A stretch of 64,000 nt of DNA, from NCBI RefSeq assembly GCF_009914755.1, contig NC_060928.1. One strand, written 5' to 3'. Position 1 is the stretch's first letter; every line of letters starts with the position of its first letter. This DNA is from the human T2T-CHM13v2.0 reference genome, Homo sapiens. A model generated the notes under the pieces. The model saw only the letters and a list, made by a program, of their open reading frames with translations, had not been told where the DNA came from and did not search any database. The translations under genes and the position numbers were made by a program. Positions 58,184 to 64,000 of the stretch are shown one piece after another.

Positions 58184-58899
58184 AAGTTTCCTATTTTTCT
58201 ATACATATGCAAATATTTTATTATTCTGGAAATACAAAATAGAAAAACCTCATTATTTCAACATAACTAGAAGTATGGTGCAGATTTGAGTTGCTACAAA
58301 TTTGAAACTTAAGAATTTTTTCCGAATATTTGAAGAAAGCAGAGGTAGTATTCTAAATTTCTTTCTAAATATCCACAATTTAGTATTAAAGATGTTTTTA
58401 ATTTATTCTTCCAGTTAAAAAGCACTGACTGGATAGATTAATGATTAGATAGACATAAAAATGCACTTTTAATATTTGGAAAATCATATAGTACTTTGAT
58501 CTAGGTTGAGATGTATTAACATAAATCCTTATGAAACTTGATAAGAAATAGGTAAGAGTAATTGAGAATAACTAGCAGAAGTGTTTGTAAGTAAAATAAT
58601 ACATCTATAATGCTTTTGGATATTTGAAAAAGATTTTTCTTTTTATGAGTTACCTCTAAAAGCTGTCAGTACACCCTGTCCAAATGATCACATTCTAATG
58701 TAGTAGGTGCTGAATAAAGACATTTTACTTTGTAAGATCATGTAATGTCATAGGCTACTAACAAAGTAAGAAAATTGGCAGTTGTAAGACCAGATTTTGG
58801 ACAGAAAATAATATAAAATGCAATAACATAACTTGAGTAAATTTTACTAGAAACAGATTTCTCTATCATGCCATTAAGTCCTTGTACAACTCTTTCTCC

Positions 58900-59450
58900 T
58901 TATCAACCAATCAACCAGTCAATCTGCAAATATTTAAGATAACCTACCATGGGGCAAGCACAGTATGACACAATGAAGAAAGAGGCAGAGAAACAGTCCT
59001 TGCAAGAAATAAACATATATTCTAGAAAGATCACAGATAACATAGGCCACTGAATGTGTGATTAAAAGTAAATCTAAGTGTACTAGTCTCACTAAAAAAA
59101 AGAAAAGGAAAAAAAACGCGAAAGCATTAGATGGTATACTTCTGTCGATAAAGATTTCCCATAGGAGTGACATTTAATTTGAGACCCAAAGGGTGAGTAA
59201 GGTTTATCTGGGTCAAAGGGGAGCTTAACAAATTCCATTAAATGTTAGGTATCTAGTAAATCTAGAGTCTGGAGATTAAGGGGAAAGGACCAAGAGAAGG
59301 CTGGAGAAGAAAGCAGAAAGCAGAAAGCAGTCCTCTGAGCATTCGGGGTGAAGTGGTAGGACGGTAAAGTGTTTGGATTCTATCCAAAGGGCAAAGAGAT
59401 GCTATTAAAGGGTTTTGTGTAGGGACAGTGGACTGACTTGTATGTGCAGA
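58900..59450 (-). mobile_element. Degraded L2 LINE
   Basis: caaccaatcaaccagtcaatc…caaatattta…ctaccatggggcaagcacag; ggagtgacatttaatttgagaccc; gtttggattctatcc. Confidence 0.55.
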
Positions 59451-60888
59451 AACTCTGTGTGTGGGTCTGAATGAGGCAGGCATTATTTTAAAGAAAAGAA
59501 TTCAGGCTTTTCTCAACATGGAACCTAAAGAAAGCATGACATTATACCAAATAAACATCCCTTAACAATAGAACTTGCTAAGTTCAACTATCAGCAAAAA
59601 ATAAATTACTATGTTTATTTCATCTTTCTTAATAACATTCATTTCAACAGTACACATATAGTTCAAGATTTCTGAAGATACTATATACTACTGGCAAAGT
59701 AGAATTGTATAAACACTTGGTACATGGAATATAAAATTATTGTCATCACCTCACATTTGTTTGTTTAGCTGCTAAAAGATCTTTGAACAAAGAATCACGT
59801 CAACAAAGAGGGTGTCAAAATATCAACAAAAAGAGATCTTGTCAGAGCTTAATTAGGGCTTCCAATTAGAAAACCAAACTAAGAATCCTATTAGCACTCA
59901 AGTAGGTATTCTCCTTGCTTAGGAAAAAACAAACAGCTCCCACAGGTTATCTACCTAGCAAAAAGGAATTTTATGAAGACCTCTTCCTAGTGGGATTAAG
60001 TCAACAAAGACAAGCAGCATGAAAATCTCAGAACCACATTAAGAGAACCACTGTGTGCTCAGGCATACTTCCTGCAATGTTACCAAGTTACTATCACAGT
60101 TCATTTTTAATACAATACATTTGGTTGTACAGGATGTGGATTCTACAGAAAAAAAAAAGCACAATACATTTGGACATATGCATGGCCTTCTCTGCTGCTC
60201 TCTGGTAAAAGTTATTAAATAAAGCCCATGGCCACTTTTAAAAGAAAAAAATTTCCAAGTCAAAAGGAGTAAATATGCTACTTAACAATAGAACCAACTC
60301 AGTTTTTTATGAAGTACCACATTTGCTTGTATATGTCATCCTTATGAACACTGCTTGCCTGCCTTCTTGTTTTCAAGAAGAAAATAGTTCTATCCTCCAC
60401 TCTAAATTACTTCTTGGCCAGAATGCTTCAAAAACTGTGAATGGTCCTGTTAGCTAATTAAAACAAGTTTACCACCATGAAATATTTGCTGTTCTCCCAA
60501 AAGTCAGGTATTCTACCAGTGAATAAAAAAGAGAAACATTTTCAAACCCAAAGTAACATATCAAGTAACAGAATTCTGACTAGTAAATTTATAAACAGTA
60601 TCAAAATTTAAAATTAGTTCCAACAATTAAAGAGCACGTGATTTACTCTGTACAAGAATTTGGAAATGGTTCTTTTCCCAGATTGGTGGAAAGGGTGGGA
60701 TAAAGAAAAAAATCTAAAGCTATGCTATGGGGCAATAAAAGTGTTCCAACACATCTAAAAATTACCTGGCCTTCCAGAAGTAATATTTAAATTCCAACAT
60801 TTTGTCACAGAGATAATAGAGAGTCACTGGATTTTAGAAATTGCTGCTTAGACTCTACCCAGTGTAATCATTATGACTCTAATTATGA

Positions 60889-61342
<454 letters not shown>

Positions 61343-62139
61343 ATATAAAAAATATTTTAAGATTTCACTGGACTTGGTATGTTAAAACATACAAACAAAC
61401 AAAAAAACTACCTTAATCTCAAGGCAGAGGACAAAATCTCATTCTTTCCTTTTGACGTGTCCAGTAGCTAGCACAGTGCTTGACACCAGGTATATACTCA
61501 ATAAATGGTTGAGGAATTGAATGCATAATAAAAGAGTAGATGAATGCATGAATTAATGAAAACAGATTCGCATTATGTAGAGCACCTTTATCAAACCCCT
61601 TTTCCCCTGAAGAGGTAAGGTAGGCATTCTTTCTGCATCTGAGGCCTTGGATTGGCTTCAAGAAAGATGAAAGTTCCTTCCTGCAAGTGCTGTTCATCCA
61701 CCTTTCTTTCTCATGGGACAGAGGCAAGCACTCCAAGATCAGAAAGCAGTATGACTCAGAGGGTAGCTAGCCTTTAAACTGAATCTTTGTTAAGCCAGGA
61801 GAGACAGTTCCTTTCTCCTAGGAACAGATCCATTTGGCCCCAGGCTTCTGAGAAAAGGGATAATTATATGACTAACATAAGGAATTGTTAAGCTTAAAAG
61901 ATTCCTTTTTGTTTTAAGTTCCCACTTTGGGAAGCACATAACTACTTCAGTGCACTAACTACATGCCTCATTACTACTTAAGGGTATATTAGATTAATTT
62001 TTATTTTAACTTGAAATAATTTTATTCTCAAAGCAGGAAATATCTTTTAACTCGAAATGTGTTGAAGTAAATGGTGAACGAGTATCAAATTCATCAGAAA
62101 ATATCTACAATAATATGAATACGAATAACAAAGGCAGCA

Positions 62140-62320
62140 GCTAATATTCATTGAGCTCTTATCATGTGCTGTGTATTGTTTTTATCCTCACAACCACCCT
62201 ACAAGGTAGACAGGGACCCTTACATGCATTTAGAGATACGGAAACTATGCCTATGGTCAAGAGCTAGTAAAAGTCAGAGTGGGGTTTCACACCCAGACAG
62301 TCTGATTCCTAGTACCTGCT
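62140..62320 (-). mobile_element. MIR SINE
   Basis: atcctcacaaccaccctacaaggtag…ttagagatacggaaact…cccagacagtctgattcc. Confidence 0.65.
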
Positions 62321-62626
62321 CTATGATTCAATTATGCTTTTCATATGAAAACAGGAAATCTACTTTACTAAATCAAGAAGTACCAAAGGTAAGCAATTCA
62401 GGAATGACTTGAATAGTTCTTTTCAGTGAGTCAATCCCTCACTCTGTAACAGAGGGTGCTTCCACATCTCAACTCAGGGGGCCTTTACAACCACACCAGT
62501 CCCCATGTGAAGCCCAGAAGGCATAAAGAGAGACACAAGAGAGATTAAAGAAACAGAATAAGATTTGAAAGCTATTCTAAAACAAAAATCAGAATAAAGC
62601 ACAGCAATAGAAAAAGGCATATTCCA

Positions 62627-62927
62627 GGCCAGGCAAAGTGGCTCCCGCCTGTAATCCCAGCACTTTGGGAGGCTGAGGCCGGCAGATCACCTGAAGTCGG
62701 GAGTTCGAGACCAGCCTGACCAACATGGAGAAACCCCGTCTCTACTAAAAATACAAAATTAGCTGGGTGTGGTGACACATGCTTGTAATCCCAGCTACTC
62801 GGGAGACTGAGGCAGGAGAATCGCTTGAACCCAGGAGGTGGAGGTTGTGATCGTGCCATTGCACTCCAGCCTGGGCAACAAGAGCGAAACTGTGTCTCAA
62901 AAAAAAAAGAAAGAAAGAAAGAAAGAG
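62627..62927 (+). mobile_element. Alu (AluSp-like) with a short (GAAA)n tail
   Basis: gtcgggagttcgagaccagcctgaccaacatggagaaa is AluSp-like; TSD AAAG(G/C)CATA(T/C)TCCA at about 62613-62626 and 62928-62941. Confidence 0.93.
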
Positions 62928-62944
62928 AAAGCCATACTCCAGGG

Positions 62945-63900
62945 ACAAAGAACAAAGCAATTTGGCTAGATTTGAAAGGTTTATGAAGGAGAACAGGAGA
63001 TAGGTATGGGCCAAACTGTGGGTGGCCTGAAACCAGTTTCATGAAGTCCTTTAAATCGATTTCTAAAACTGATGGTGAGTCACTACATGTTTTTAAACAG
63101 GAAATGAGGAGTGCAAAACGTTATTTTAGCAAAATTAATCTAGCAGAGTTTTAAAAATGAATTAGAAGAGAAAGAGACAAACTACAGACAAAATAGGCAG
63201 GAAATACCACGTTCCCTTAGCAATCACAGATTAACATTCATAATTTCAAGTTTTCCCAAGTGATCTCCAAATGTTCCCATTTCTAATTTTTCTAAGGCAC
63301 AGAGTTATGAGGTCGGTTTGTGAAAGCAATTCACTAGCCAGCACTATGCTCCTGCTTCTCAGGGAAGTATGGTTTGTCTGTGGTTGTTTTTCCCCCTAGG
63401 CCAGGGTCCTATTCTCACTTAGTAAGTGATGAAAAATGTTTCTGTATGCAAAGTACCTCCAGGTAAACTGCAACTGCAGGTGTAGAAATAAACAATGAAT
63501 TATTGGATAGTAATGACAGTAGTGATTTAATTGTGAAAGTTCCACACATTAATTCCTTGGTAATATCAAGATATTTTATACTTTCACCTTCCAGGCATTT
63601 GTGTCAAGAAGAAGACAATAGAAATAGGAAAAAGAGAAAGCTGACACAAAAGACATTGAAATGAAAAGTAGGACTTAGTGGCTGACTAGAGAAAGGGGAC
63701 GAGGAAAAGAAGAAATGAAGACAGTCTCTAAAGTTTCAAGCCTGGGAGACAGGGAGGATGGCAGTGCCTTGAGTAGGCTAAAGAAATCCTAGAGGTAACC
63801 TAGTACAAGGAAAATGAGACTGGTGTCTGTGTGCGCTGAATCAAAGTTCTTAAAGGCTGATGATGCAAGTGAACTCCTGTCTGGCAGAAGAGAATTGACT
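62945..63900 (-). mobile_element. Degraded, interrupted L2 LINE
   Basis: gatggtgagtcactacatgtttttaaacagg; aagtttcaagcctgggagacagggaggatggcagtgcc; boundaries approximate. Confidence 0.5.
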
Positions 63901-64000
63901 TAGATAATTTTGATGTTCTTTGAAACCCATCAAGAGAATGTAAAGTTTGTTCAATGCTTTTTTTCTTCTGCTCTTTTAAAGCTGCAAGACTGAGGTACTC

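Overview
AT-rich primate genomic DNA (human or a close ape) from inside PPP3CA, the calcineurin catalytic subunit A-alpha gene, transcribed on the minus strand. The window holds three complete coding exons (15187-15311, 5806-5917, 4562-4707) and part of a fourth (1-110, cut by the window edge). All have canonical GT-AG boundaries and matching phases, and together they encode about residues 87-250, including the GDIHG, GDYVDRG, RGNHE and HGG metallophosphatase motifs. Everything above 15311 is one very long intron. It contains a near full-length, inactivated L1PA7/8-like LINE-1 (about 34670-41456) antisense to the gene. The window also has about 16 Alu/FLAM copies and MIR, L2, L3/CR1, MaLR/ERVL LTR, Tigger-type and STR sequence. 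Apart from the PPP3CA exons and L1 remnants, the supplied ORFs look like repeat-derived or chance ORFs. I found no new multi-gene system. The leads most worth checking are: (1) the antisense L1, which keeps an ORF0-like frame, a strong antisense splice donor and an antisense poly(A) signal (a gene-breaking layout); (2) one target-site duplication enclosing both that L1 and an older L1 fragment; (3) an unexplained 36-bp inverted repeat; (4) a perfect 96-bp tandem duplication; (5) a candidate poison exon after exon 3; (6) an inverted-Alu-flanked exon 4-5 block that would circularise in frame with no stop; (7) a tightly spaced inverted Alu pair. Exon and residue numbers and repeat subfamily names come from recall, not database searches.
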